From the NCBI GenBank assembly GCA_018333475.1, contig JAGXTH010000021.1:4723-68722 (forward strand): a stretch of DNA of 64,000 bases, in the 5' to 3' direction. Below the pieces are notes generated by a model that was given only the letters and a program-made list of their open reading frames with translations, was not told the DNA's origin and made no database searches. The translations under genes were made by a program, and so were the position numbers. Position 1 is the first letter of the stretch, and each line of letters opens with the position of its first letter. Origin of the DNA: Simkania sp. (GTDB lineage: Bacteria > Chlamydiota > Chlamydiia > Chlamydiales > Rhabdochlamydiaceae). Shown here in pieces: positions 9,833-18,589 of this stretch.

Positions 9833-11698
9833 TTGCGAATGATTAAAGACTTGGAAGTTAGAAAATCAAAATGGCTACGTGATCTTCTTCGATTTTTGCC
9901 ACTGAAAAGTCAGTTTGTACTTTCAGGTAATGTGCGTGATCTCCAAACAGAAGATAAATCTAGTGGAACTGTTGTACGTTCCCTCACTTCCTGTTTGAAC
10001 GCTGAGCTTCGGCAATATGGCTACTCTCATGTTCTGAGTTATGACTTCATCAATGGATTTAAAATAATCGATCCAATGTCTACTCATTCAAGTCACGAGG
10101 CGGCTGAGAACATCATGAAGCAGCTGGGCCTTCAGCCAGTCAATGGCTGCGCTCCAGCAGGTTTAGATCTTTTCGAGCAGGTCCTAGAACAATTGATTTC
10201 ATGGAGAGGGGAGCCTATAGCTTTAATCGTCGATTTCGCATCCCGACTTATCATTCACCAAAATAATCTCAACGATACAGAGCATCGTCTTTTCACACGG
10301 GCACTTATTCGATCTCAAGAAGCACGCGTTCGCGCTCACGGGACACCGTCCAAACCTTTTTTCAATACTGTCTTATGGATCGTAGAAAAAGAAGGGGACA
10401 TGCCCGCCTGGTTTACTCTCGACAACTCCAAGGTTCGCCATATATCCCTTCCAAATCCTGACCACCAAATGCGTCGAGTTTTGGCAGCTTCCTTAATTCA
10501 ATCCCTTGATGGAGCAAAAGAAGCTTCTGCCCAACTAAAAGATGCTGCCGTTCAAAGCTTTGTAGATAATACCGAGGGACTCCTTCTTGTCGATCTTATG
10601 CTCATTGCCCAACTCTGCCGCGAGGAGAAATTAGGATATGCAAAGATCGGAGAAGCCGTTCGTCGTTATAAAGTGGGGGTTTCTGAAGATCCCTGGCAAA
10701 AACTCGACCGAAGAAAGATCCGCGATGGACAGAATTTCATTATGGAACGGGTCAAAGGGCAAGATCATGCAGTCGCTCACATGCTCGATATCATTAAGCG
10801 CGCAGTGACTGGAGTGGGAGCTCCTCGACGTGGCGGTCGCCCTCGAGGCGTCGCATTCTTAGCAGGACCAACTGGAGTCGGAAAGACGGAACTGGCTAAA
10901 TCGATTACAAGCCTTCTATTTGGCGATGAAAGTGCTTACATCCGCTTTGACATGTCGGAATTCAGTGCTGAGCATTCAGATCAACGTTTGATTGGAGCGC
11001 CTCCCGGGTATGTAGGCTATGATATGGGGGGCGAATTAACCAATGCCATCCGAGAGAAACCTTTTAGCGTCGTTCTCTTTGACGAGATTGAGAAAGCTCA
11101 CCCAAAAATCCTCGATAAATTTCTCCAGATTTTAGATGACGGCGTATTGACATCGGGCAGGGGAGAGAGGGTCTATTTCACAGAAGCGTTCATTGTCTTT
11201 ACTTCAAACCTGGGAATCTATCAAACCGATATCACGGGAGAGAGAAAAGCGACTGTTTCCCCAGAGGATCAATTTGAAACCATCCAGAAGCGGATTCGCG
11301 AAGAGATTGAGAAACACTTTAAATTAGCTCTCAATCGCCCTGAAATACTCAACCGAATCGGGGACAACATCATTGTATTCGATTTCATTCGAGACAATAT
11401 AGCTGAGCAAATTTTCAATAGCATGGTAGATAGCGTGCTATCAGACCTGAAAGGATCTCAAAACATCGATATCTCGATCGATCCAATGGCTCTTCAAACA
11501 TTGAGAGAACTCTGCTTAAAAGATCTATCGAATGGAGGAAGGGGAATCCGAAATAAAATTGAAACCCATCTGGTCAATCCTCTTTCTCGAGCTCTTTTCG
11601 ATGAAAACATTGAAACAGGTAGTAGACTTTCTATTCGCTCTGTTGAAACAGGGAAAATCACAAAGCTTAGGCTAGGCACGGAGAGTGCGACATTATGA
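9833..11698 (+). CDS. ClpA/ClpB-type AAA+ ATPase (single AAA_2 module plus ClpB_D2-small-like C-terminus, unknown about 300-aa N-domain)
   Basis: GVAFLAGPTGVGKTELAK (Walker A, about nt 10864-10887), GAPPGYVGY, VVLFDEIEKAHP (Walker B), VFTSNLG (sensor 1), RPEILNRIGDNIIVFDF. A likely ATG start at 9839 follows the TTG at 9833. Confidence 0.8.
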   Translation: MRMIKDLEVRKSKWLRDLLRFLPLKSQFVLSGNVRDLQTEDKSSGTVVRSLTSCLNAELRQYGYSHVLSYDFINGFKIIDPMSTHSSHEAAENIMKQLGLQPVNGCAPAGLDLFEQVLEQLISWRGEPIALIVDFASRLIIHQNNLNDTEHRLFTRALIRSQEARVRAHGTPSKPFFNTVLWIVEKEGDMPAWFTLDNSKVRHISLPNPDHQMRRVLAASLIQSLDGAKEASAQLKDAAVQSFVDNTEGLLLVDLMLIAQLCREEKLGYAKIGEAVRRYKVGVSEDPWQKLDRRKIRDGQNFIMERVKGQDHAVAHMLDIIKRAVTGVGAPRRGGRPRGVAFLAGPTGVGKTELAKSITSLLFGDESAYIRFDMSEFSAEHSDQRLIGAPPGYVGYDMGGELTNAIREKPFSVVLFDEIEKAHPKILDKFLQILDDGVLTSGRGERVYFTEAFIVFTSNLGIYQTDITGERKATVSPEDQFETIQKRIREEIEKHFKLALNRPEILNRIGDNIIVFDFIRDNIAEQIFNSMVDSVLSDLKGSQNIDISIDPMALQTLRELCLKDLSNGGRGIRNKIETHLVNPLSRALFDENIETGSRLSIRSVETGKITKLRLGTESATL

Positions 11699-12366
11699 TG
11701 CTCTACCTTTCCAGAAGCCATTTCCCGGTGACAACATTGGGGCCAGGTCGCCGTATTGGAATCTGGTTTCAGGGATGCTCCATTCGCTGTAAGGGATGCG
11801 TCTCAGCCGACACTTGGGGAACTGGAAAAGGCGGAGTATCTACCGATGAGATTATGAATGTAATCTCTCCTTGGCTGCAAGAGGCAGAAGGGATTACGAT
11901 CTCCGGAGGAGAGCCCTTCGATCAACCAGAAGCTCTCATTCATCTTCTTGCACAACTTCGTTCCAAAACAAGCATTGATATTCTCGTCTATAGTGGACAC
12001 CCTTTCGAGAAAATTGCTCCCACCGTTGAAAAATGCCAAGGAGCAATCGATGCCTTAATTTCAGACCCATACGATGAAAATGCTCCGCAAACTCTTGCCT
12101 TGCGCGGGAGTGATAACCAACGACTCCATTGTCTTACTCTTCTAGGAGAAACGCGATTCCGCCCTTTCGAGCGAGCCCTTAAACCATCGGATAAGACTTT
12201 TGACATTATGTTTGAAGAAGCTGGAGCCATTTGGCTTGCTGGCATCCCTAGGCGCGACGATATGCGGCGCCTGAAAACTATCTTAGCAAAAGAGGGCCAT
12301 CTTGCCGTAACCACACAGGACGAACGCTCTACCAAGGGGAAGATTTATGACTCTCCATGTCCGTAA
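11695..12366 (+). CDS. Radical-SAM activating-enzyme-like protein (NrdG/PflA-type, 4Fe-4S CxxxCxxC)
   Basis: GPGRRIGIWFQGCSIRCKGCVSADTW, with C28-x3-C32-x2-C35 at nt 11776-11799, matches the NrdG-type N-terminus; GITISGGEP SAM-binding motif follows. The start overlaps the upstream stop (ATGATG/TGA at 11695-11698). Confidence 0.8.
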   Translation: MMLYLSRSHFPVTTLGPGRRIGIWFQGCSIRCKGCVSADTWGTGKGGVSTDEIMNVISPWLQEAEGITISGGEPFDQPEALIHLLAQLRSKTSIDILVYSGHPFEKIAPTVEKCQGAIDALISDPYDENAPQTLALRGSDNQRLHCLTLLGETRFRPFERALKPSDKTFDIMFEEAGAIWLAGIPRRDDMRRLKTILAKEGHLAVTTQDERSTKGKIYDSPCP

Positions 12367-15300
12367 GTGCCCAGGGTGTAGAGAAGAACGTCCTGCAGAA
12401 GAAGTGCTCTGCGGAAACTGCTCATGGGATCTCACACAAGAACCTCTAAGACTCCCCGGGCAAGTTGATCTAATTCCTGAAATCCCGAATCCAACACCAC
12501 TCGCGCGCCTTTGTTCTAATGGGCATCCTTTGGATCCTGATGATGAGATGTGTTTTACATGTGGAGCTACTGTCGCTACAGAACCAAGCGCGGTTAACCA
12601 GGAACCTTTATCTCAAGATAAAGAAACCGTCATCGATGGATGGACTGTCATCGATCGCCTGGAAGTCGCAAATGAACCTTTTGAAAGTTTTATTGTTGAA
12701 AGGTATGGGCATAGAGCAAACCTGACTTTATATCTTCCTGATGCACATCCAGAACCCGGCATCTATGAAATTTTAAAACGTCTACCAAGAGATTTTGTCC
12801 CAGAGCTCTTAGCCCATGGCGTATGGGAGTGTCGAAGGTACGAGGTGATAGATCTCATCCAATACCCTAACGTTCTTGATCTTCAATCCGCTTCTATAGA
12901 CTTACCAACTATCCAACAAATCCTGAAATCGATGGGGAGAATTTTATCCTCTCTCTCCGAAAATGGCTTGCGACATGGCAATCTTCACCCAGAAAACATT
13001 TTCATTTCCAATCGAGATCCTCTGAGTTTAATATTGAGTGGCTTTCAATGTAGCCGCCTTTCTACTTTTGATCTTGATACGGTCAAACAGCTAATTTCAG
13101 CTCGTTATACAGCTCCAGAAGTGATCGCTGGAGGGATAAGTGTGGCTTCAGATTGGTGGAGCTTGGGGATGATCATCCTGCAGCTCATTACAAATGGTTC
13201 ATGTTTTGAAGGGATTAATGAAAAAGCGTTCCGGATCCATGTAGTAACTAGAGGCATTTCTCTGCCTAGGGGAATCGATCCATCCATTCATCTTTTGCTT
13301 CGAGGTTTGCTAGCTCGGGATCCTGATCAGCGTTGGCAATGGACCCAGGTTCAGAGTTGGCTAGCGGGAGAGTCGGTAGAGGCCCCTTCTGACACAAAAC
13401 ATGAAGAGAATAAGAGTGGGCCTGCTTTAGAGTTCAAAGACCTTTCCTACACCTGTCCTAAAGCCTATGCCTTAATTGCAGCCGAAGCTTCGAACTGGGA
13501 ACAGGCAAAAGAGCTTCTATTACGCGGTGTGATAGCTACTTGGCTAGAAGATAGGAAATCTGATCCAAAGGTCATAGCCGGTGTTAGGCTCGCCACATCC
13601 ATAGATTCACTCCATGAAGACTTTAGACATGCCTTAGCCCTGATGTGGATGAATCCAAGTTTGCCGCTGATTTATCAAGGGGAAATCGTTACTTCGTCTT
13701 GGATGCTTCAAAACCCAGCCCAGGGATACGATCTCATCACAGGTCCGCTCATGGGACATCTCCGTCAAATGAATAGAGAGAGGCATCTTTTCGATCTTCA
13801 CGAGCGTGAAACAAGAGCGCGAGAAAGAGCTAAAACTCTCGAGATTGAACTCAATGAAGAAAGCTTCAGGCTCTTAGCTTTGGCTTCATCACGCCCAAAT
13901 CTAGAGCGGCAGTGGAGCATGCATCGACGTCTCTACCCAGGATCTGATCATGGTGGGCTGAATTCGTTAATGGATCGCCAGAAAATCACTGATGAAGAAT
14001 TGATGGTTCTTTTGGGGGCTGCGATTCAGCAATATCAACCTCTCGAACAAATCCTCAATCAGGCTAAAGAAGTGGCGACTCAAGCGGAAGTCTCTACCTA
14101 TGAGAATACAGCTGCAAGAGAATGGTTTGAAGTTTCAAGAAGAGATCTTTACCGAGAAATCGAAGAGAGAACAGCGAACTATTCTCGATGCGGAATCCCT
14201 CGTGTCGATGAATGGGCCAATGATTTTAGGATTGAGCGCAGGATCTCATTGCCGCGCGCCTTGGTGCTTCTATCGATTCCCAAAGAATCATGGCAAGAGC
14301 CTCCTCGGCAGCAATATGTCTCTACAATCCTTGAGTTTTTTGAAAAGCGAACGGCAAGCCTGGCACAAAGAGGCCCTCTTGTACGCATGCTGATTGGGAA
14401 ATCGAGCTCTCGGGTCGATCTAGCAGAGGTTGCCGGGAAAAAACCAACATCCACCTCTATTCTAGAGCATCTGATCAGTAGAGTAGAAGCTCCTGTAGGA
14501 ATCGATCGAGCAGCGTTCGAAGACGACTCTGATCTTGAAAGAAAGTTGCGCCGTCTACTCAGCCATGCAAGAACTTACAAGAGAGATACAGGGATCGATA
14601 GCCTCTATCTTGGATTCCCCTTCCTTGTGATGAAAGATAGTCAAGCAGAGATCACGGACAAGAAGCCAAGAATTGCCCCGATTTTGCTTTGGCCGATCAA
14701 AATTGATATCGAAAACAGAGATAGAATCTCCATTCTTTTTGACCGCGATAGAGAAGAAGTGCGCGTAAATCCGGCTCTTACCGGACTGATTGGGCCTGAA
14801 GAAGCAAAGAGATGGGCTGAAACGGCTAAAGAACTTTTGGGAAGGTCCGCAATCCGTATTGGAGATGTAATCGATGCCTTTGGATCTCTAGCAGACCCAA
14901 GTGAAAGGGCTCTATGCGCTCTCCCAGATAGTGCATATAAAGTAAAAGCCGGCGTTAGACAAGTGGTTTGCTCTGCGGTACTCTTCCATGCCGAATTCAT
15001 GGGACAAGCCATAGGGGAAGACTTACGCCAAATGAGGAAAGAATCTCCTGTAGGAACCGGTCTAGAAACGGCATTGCGAGTGAATAAAGATCCTATCGCC
15101 ACACCCGCGCTACCTTCTATTCCAGAAAAAGAGCGCTTTTTTACGATGGAGAGCGATCCTTCTCAAGAAAAGGCTGTTTTCCGTGCAAGGCAAGCTCCTG
15201 GATTGCTCATTGAAGGGCCCCCTGGAACAGGAAAAAGTCAAACGATCGTAAATATCATTGGGGACTGTATCGGTCGCAATCAGACAGTGCTTGTCGTTTG

Positions 15301-18300
15301 CCAAAAATCTGCAGCCCTTGAGGTCCTTTCAAAAAGGCTCGATGCAGAAGGACTTAAAGACCGTTACTTCTACATTACCCATATCAATAAAGACCGTATC
15401 TCTGTCATCCAAAATCTCCGTACCCAGGTCGAGGGGGTTATCCAAGCTATGCGGGCTTACCGCGCGGAAAACATAGACAGAGACCGCGAAGAACTAGCTG
15501 AGAAAATCGAAAAACTGGAAAAGGAAATCGATAAGCACCATGAAGCAATCCACACAGCAGATGCAGCGACAGGACTGAGCTATCGCATTCTATTAGGCCA
15601 GTTGATCGACTTAGAGGATCAAGAAATCAAACTGATTGATGTCCCTGCTCTTAGAAGACTTTTAAAAGATCTTGATCAGAAACAGCTCACGGTGATCGAA
15701 GAAACCTGTTCCCCTATTGGGGGAATTTGGCTTGAATCCTGTTTTGAGGGAAATTCGTTAGAAAAGCTCAAAGTTTTCTCTCCTGATTCTGCTTTAGTTA
15801 ATGAATTCGTCAGCTCTCTTTTTGCCTTCATCGATAAAGAGAAAAAGAGAGACGAGTCAGTCCGACAGTCAACGATAAGCTTCGATGTAGAAGATCCCTC
15901 TCCGCACCAAGAATGGATCGAATCCAACGAATCTCTCTTTCATAAGGTAGACTGGAAGAATATTTCATCCTGGTTCCAACTATTTCCCCAAAATGGACTA
16001 TCCAAAGGCAATGGCTTTATCCAACGACTCGAAGAGCTTAAAGCATCCTTAAATGCTTTAAATTTGAAAGATCACGATTCTGTATTGTCTGCTCATCTTA
16101 TTCACTTGCCTGTCTCGACTGTCAGGAAATGGCTTTCCTGGGCAAAAAGCGCAACTGCGCCTGTCTCTTTCTTCGGTAGCCTTAATCCTGTGCGCTATGT
16201 GCACTGCAAGTGGATTCAGAAGGTGCTCATAGATCTTCAGGAAAAACCATCCCATGAAAGAATAGAACAGATTCAGAGCGCAGCGAATTTAGAGCTTAAG
16301 CTACGACCTCTTCGAGAATTCGTTTTAGAACTTTCTGGCTCACTCTACTCTGAAAGACCTGCCTCGATACCCTTATTTTTGAAAGAATTGCGTTTGACTG
16401 TTGATCTCATGATAGGGGAACTCTATCTAGCACAGAAAGGGATACAAGCTCTTCATGCATGCCCTCGGCAAGAAGAAGTTGATCCAATAGCAAAAACAGG
16501 CGAGTCCGCATACAGAGACCTCATTTCTCGTTATGGGAAAGCTTTTGAACGTCACCAGACTAGATCTCAAAGTATAGACGGATTGGACAGGCTTTCTCCA
16601 TTTTTCTCTGAAGAATTGTTTGAACTTTGCCAAGCCAATATTCGAAATAATCGATCCAATCTCTATGATCTGCAGATCTTAGTTGAGGCGTTACCCTCTC
16701 TCCCTGCTTATCAAGAATTTCGCCTGCAAGCGCCTAATCTCTCACCTGCAGTCTTAAAGATCTTTTCTACTCTCAGAGAAAAGGACAAAGAATTGAGAGA
16801 CTACCCTTCAGAGGAACTAGAAAAGTTGATCCGACGGATTATAGCTCGTGAAGCACGACTGGCTTGGAAAGACCGAATCGAGCAGAGTTTTCCGATTTTG
16901 CGTCTTGCTCAAAAAGAGCTTTCGCGAAAAATCCAAACCCTAGCTGAGTCGAATACCAAAATGAGGACTTTGAATCAGAAGTTCCTCGCTTTCAACATAG
17001 ATATAGAGAAAGTCAGAGTTCCTGATGATTGGGAGGATATCACTCGTCTAAGAGGCCCGAGAGCCCGTCGTCTCCGAGAGGTCATTGAGCGGGGCTGGGA
17101 TATGGGACTTGGATGTCTTCGCCCGATTTGGCTCATGAACCCAGACACAGCAAGCCAATTGCTGCCTTTGAGAGCAGGCATGTTTGATGTGATCATTTTC
17201 GATGAGGCAAGCCAAATCCCTATAGAAAATGCTCTTCCAACTCTCTATCGAGCAAAAAGAACTGTCATCAGCGGGGATGAGAAACAGATGCCCCCTACCA
17301 GTGTTTTTATGAAGCAAATCGGCGACGATGAGGAATCCTCTTCTATGGATGAAGACCTAGATGAAATGATCAGCGATGCAGAAAGAGAAGCTTTAGAAGA
17401 CACCTGGAACAGAAGAGAAATTAAAGATTGTTCGGATTTGCTAACCCTCGGGAAAACTGTTTTACCAAGATCGATGCTACAGATCCACTATCGTTCGAAG
17501 TACCGTGAACTCATCGCCTTTTCAAACGCAGCCTTCTATGGCAATAAACTCAGTGTCCCGGTCAGACACCCAGAGAATGTCATTCAGAATATTCGTCCTA
17601 TCGAAATGATAAGAGTCGATGGCGTCTATGCAAACCAAACCAATAGAAAAGAAGCCGAAAGGGTTGTCGACTGGTTAGCAGAGCGCTGGTCTTCCCCAGA
17701 AAGACCTAGCATTGGTGTCGTGACCTTCAATGCTAAGCAAGCAGATCTGATAGAAGACGTTCTAGCCGAACGAGCCGATCAAGATGCCTCTTTTCGGCAA
17801 GCATTAGGTCAAGAACGAGAGCGTCAACAAGGCGGAGAAGACATGAGCTTCTTTGTGAAAAACGTTGAAAACGTGCAAGGGGATGAAAGAGACGTGATCA
17901 TCTTCAGCTCGACTTTCGGAAGAGATGAAGAGGGGACTTTCCGAAGACAATTTGGGCTTCTCAGCCAAACGGGCGGGGAGCGCCGTTTGAACGTAGCGAT
18001 CACAAGAGCCAGAGAGAAAATCATCCTGATTACTTCTTTACCGATTAACGAAATCTCAGATGCATTGTCCAAGAATCAGGGTCCTAAAAATTCCAGGGAC
18101 TTCCTTCAAGCCTACTTTGACTATGCTTCTAAACTCAGCGATGGCTCTTTAGAAGCTGCTCGGAAATCTCTCGATAGCATGGTTTCTGAAAATCCTTCCA
18201 CTCAGGGAACTTCGAATTTCGATAAGGATGGCTTTACCCGATCGGTCGCAACTTTTATCAAAAGTCTTGGACTCAAGCCATCTGCAATCAAAGAAAATGA

Positions 18301-18583
18301 TGCTTTTGGATTGGATTTTGTGATAGAAGATCCAGAGAAAAAGCGATTTGGAATTGGAATCGAATGCGATGCTCACTGTCACCCTGTTTTGGAAACAGCA
18401 AGAGCTCGTGAAGTTTGGCGTCCTAAAGTCCTCCACATGGAGATCCCATATGTTCATAGAGTGACTAGCTATGCGTGGTATCATCGCAGAAAAGAAGAAA
18501 TGGAACGTTTAAAACAGGTGCTCGAAGAAGCCTTAGGAGTTATGCTCTCAGGGGAGCCCATTCAATCCGGTTCGGGAGGATAA
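12347..18583 (+). CDS. Giant multidomain protein: double Zn-ribbon, degenerate protein-kinase-like domain, DUF4011-like region, SF1 (Upf1/AAA_11-AAA_12) helicase, C-terminal Vsr/DUF559-like PD-(D/E)xK nuclease
   Basis: CPGC..CGNC and C..H..CFTC ribbons (aa 8-72). Kinase-like HGNLHPEN, SGF, YTAPE, DWWSLG, ARDPDQRW (aa about 96-340). DSLYLGFPFL...APILLWPI (DUF4011-like). GPPGTGKSQT (about nt 15215-15241), VIIFDEASQI (about nt 17189), GDEKQMPP, HYRSKYRELIAFSN, VQGDERDVIIFS, LNVAITRAREK. LDFVIED...GIGIECDAHCH (about nt 18301-18385). Confidence 0.85.
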   Translation: MTLHVRKCPGCREERPAEEVLCGNCSWDLTQEPLRLPGQVDLIPEIPNPTPLARLCSNGHPLDPDDEMCFTCGATVATEPSAVNQEPLSQDKETVIDGWTVIDRLEVANEPFESFIVERYGHRANLTLYLPDAHPEPGIYEILKRLPRDFVPELLAHGVWECRRYEVIDLIQYPNVLDLQSASIDLPTIQQILKSMGRILSSLSENGLRHGNLHPENIFISNRDPLSLILSGFQCSRLSTFDLDTVKQLISARYTAPEVIAGGISVASDWWSLGMIILQLITNGSCFEGINEKAFRIHVVTRGISLPRGIDPSIHLLLRGLLARDPDQRWQWTQVQSWLAGESVEAPSDTKHEENKSGPALEFKDLSYTCPKAYALIAAEASNWEQAKELLLRGVIATWLEDRKSDPKVIAGVRLATSIDSLHEDFRHALALMWMNPSLPLIYQGEIVTSSWMLQNPAQGYDLITGPLMGHLRQMNRERHLFDLHERETRARERAKTLEIELNEESFRLLALASSRPNLERQWSMHRRLYPGSDHGGLNSLMDRQKITDEELMVLLGAAIQQYQPLEQILNQAKEVATQAEVSTYENTAAREWFEVSRRDLYREIEERTANYSRCGIPRVDEWANDFRIERRISLPRALVLLSIPKESWQEPPRQQYVSTILEFFEKRTASLAQRGPLVRMLIGKSSSRVDLAEVAGKKPTSTSILEHLISRVEAPVGIDRAAFEDDSDLERKLRRLLSHARTYKRDTGIDSLYLGFPFLVMKDSQAEITDKKPRIAPILLWPIKIDIENRDRISILFDRDREEVRVNPALTGLIGPEEAKRWAETAKELLGRSAIRIGDVIDAFGSLADPSERALCALPDSAYKVKAGVRQVVCSAVLFHAEFMGQAIGEDLRQMRKESPVGTGLETALRVNKDPIATPALPSIPEKERFFTMESDPSQEKAVFRARQAPGLLIEGPPGTGKSQTIVNIIGDCIGRNQTVLVVCQKSAALEVLSKRLDAEGLKDRYFYITHINKDRISVIQNLRTQVEGVIQAMRAYRAENIDRDREELAEKIEKLEKEIDKHHEAIHTADAATGLSYRILLGQLIDLEDQEIKLIDVPALRRLLKDLDQKQLTVIEETCSPIGGIWLESCFEGNSLEKLKVFSPDSALVNEFVSSLFAFIDKEKKRDESVRQSTISFDVEDPSPHQEWIESNESLFHKVDWKNISSWFQLFPQNGLSKGNGFIQRLEELKASLNALNLKDHDSVLSAHLIHLPVSTVRKWLSWAKSATAPVSFFGSLNPVRYVHCKWIQKVLIDLQEKPSHERIEQIQSAANLELKLRPLREFVLELSGSLYSERPASIPLFLKELRLTVDLMIGELYLAQKGIQALHACPRQEEVDPIAKTGESAYRDLISRYGKAFERHQTRSQSIDGLDRLSPFFSEELFELCQANIRNNRSNLYDLQILVEALPSLPAYQEFRLQAPNLSPAVLKIFSTLREKDKELRDYPSEELEKLIRRIIAREARLAWKDRIEQSFPILRLAQKELSRKIQTLAESNTKMRTLNQKFLAFNIDIEKVRVPDDWEDITRLRGPRARRLREVIERGWDMGLGCLRPIWLMNPDTASQLLPLRAGMFDVIIFDEASQIPIENALPTLYRAKRTVISGDEKQMPPTSVFMKQIGDDEESSSMDEDLDEMISDAEREALEDTWNRREIKDCSDLLTLGKTVLPRSMLQIHYRSKYRELIAFSNAAFYGNKLSVPVRHPENVIQNIRPIEMIRVDGVYANQTNRKEAERVVDWLAERWSSPERPSIGVVTFNAKQADLIEDVLAERADQDASFRQALGQERERQQGGEDMSFFVKNVENVQGDERDVIIFSSTFGRDEEGTFRRQFGLLSQTGGERRLNVAITRAREKIILITSLPINEISDALSKNQGPKNSRDFLQAYFDYASKLSDGSLEAARKSLDSMVSENPSTQGTSNFDKDGFTRSVATFIKSLGLKPSAIKENDAFGLDFVIEDPEKKRFGIGIECDAHCHPVLETARAREVWRPKVLHMEIPYVHRVTSYAWYHRRKEEMERLKQVLEEALGVMLSGEPIQSGSGG

Positions 18584-18589
18584 AAGAGC

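Noticed and set aside
11695-12366. The radical-SAM protein as a prokaryotic viperin or QueE
   Set aside because: The N-terminal GPG..(F)xGC-x3-C-x2-C..TW pattern and the small size fit the NrdG/PflA activase type. Viperins are larger with a different context, and no queC/queD/folE genes are nearby. The family assignment still needs an HMM or phylogeny check.
14641-15102. Antisense ORFs inside large genes as real genes (e.g. 14641-15102, 18562-19089, 24417-24833, 24885-25325, 35075-35461, 4010-4462, 6790-7209, 11988-12335)
   Set aside because: All lie wholly within, and opposite to, ORFs with strong motif support. Their translations are low-complexity and Ser/Arg/Cys-rich, typical of antisense frames, and none has a recognisable domain.
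17609-17629. IRVDGVY in the giant protein as a glycyl-radical site for the neighbouring rSAM activase
   Set aside because: It only loosely resembles RVxG[FWY], because the Gly is followed by Val. It lies inside the SF1 helicase C-terminal core rather than in a glycyl-radical C-terminal domain. This is most likely coincidence.
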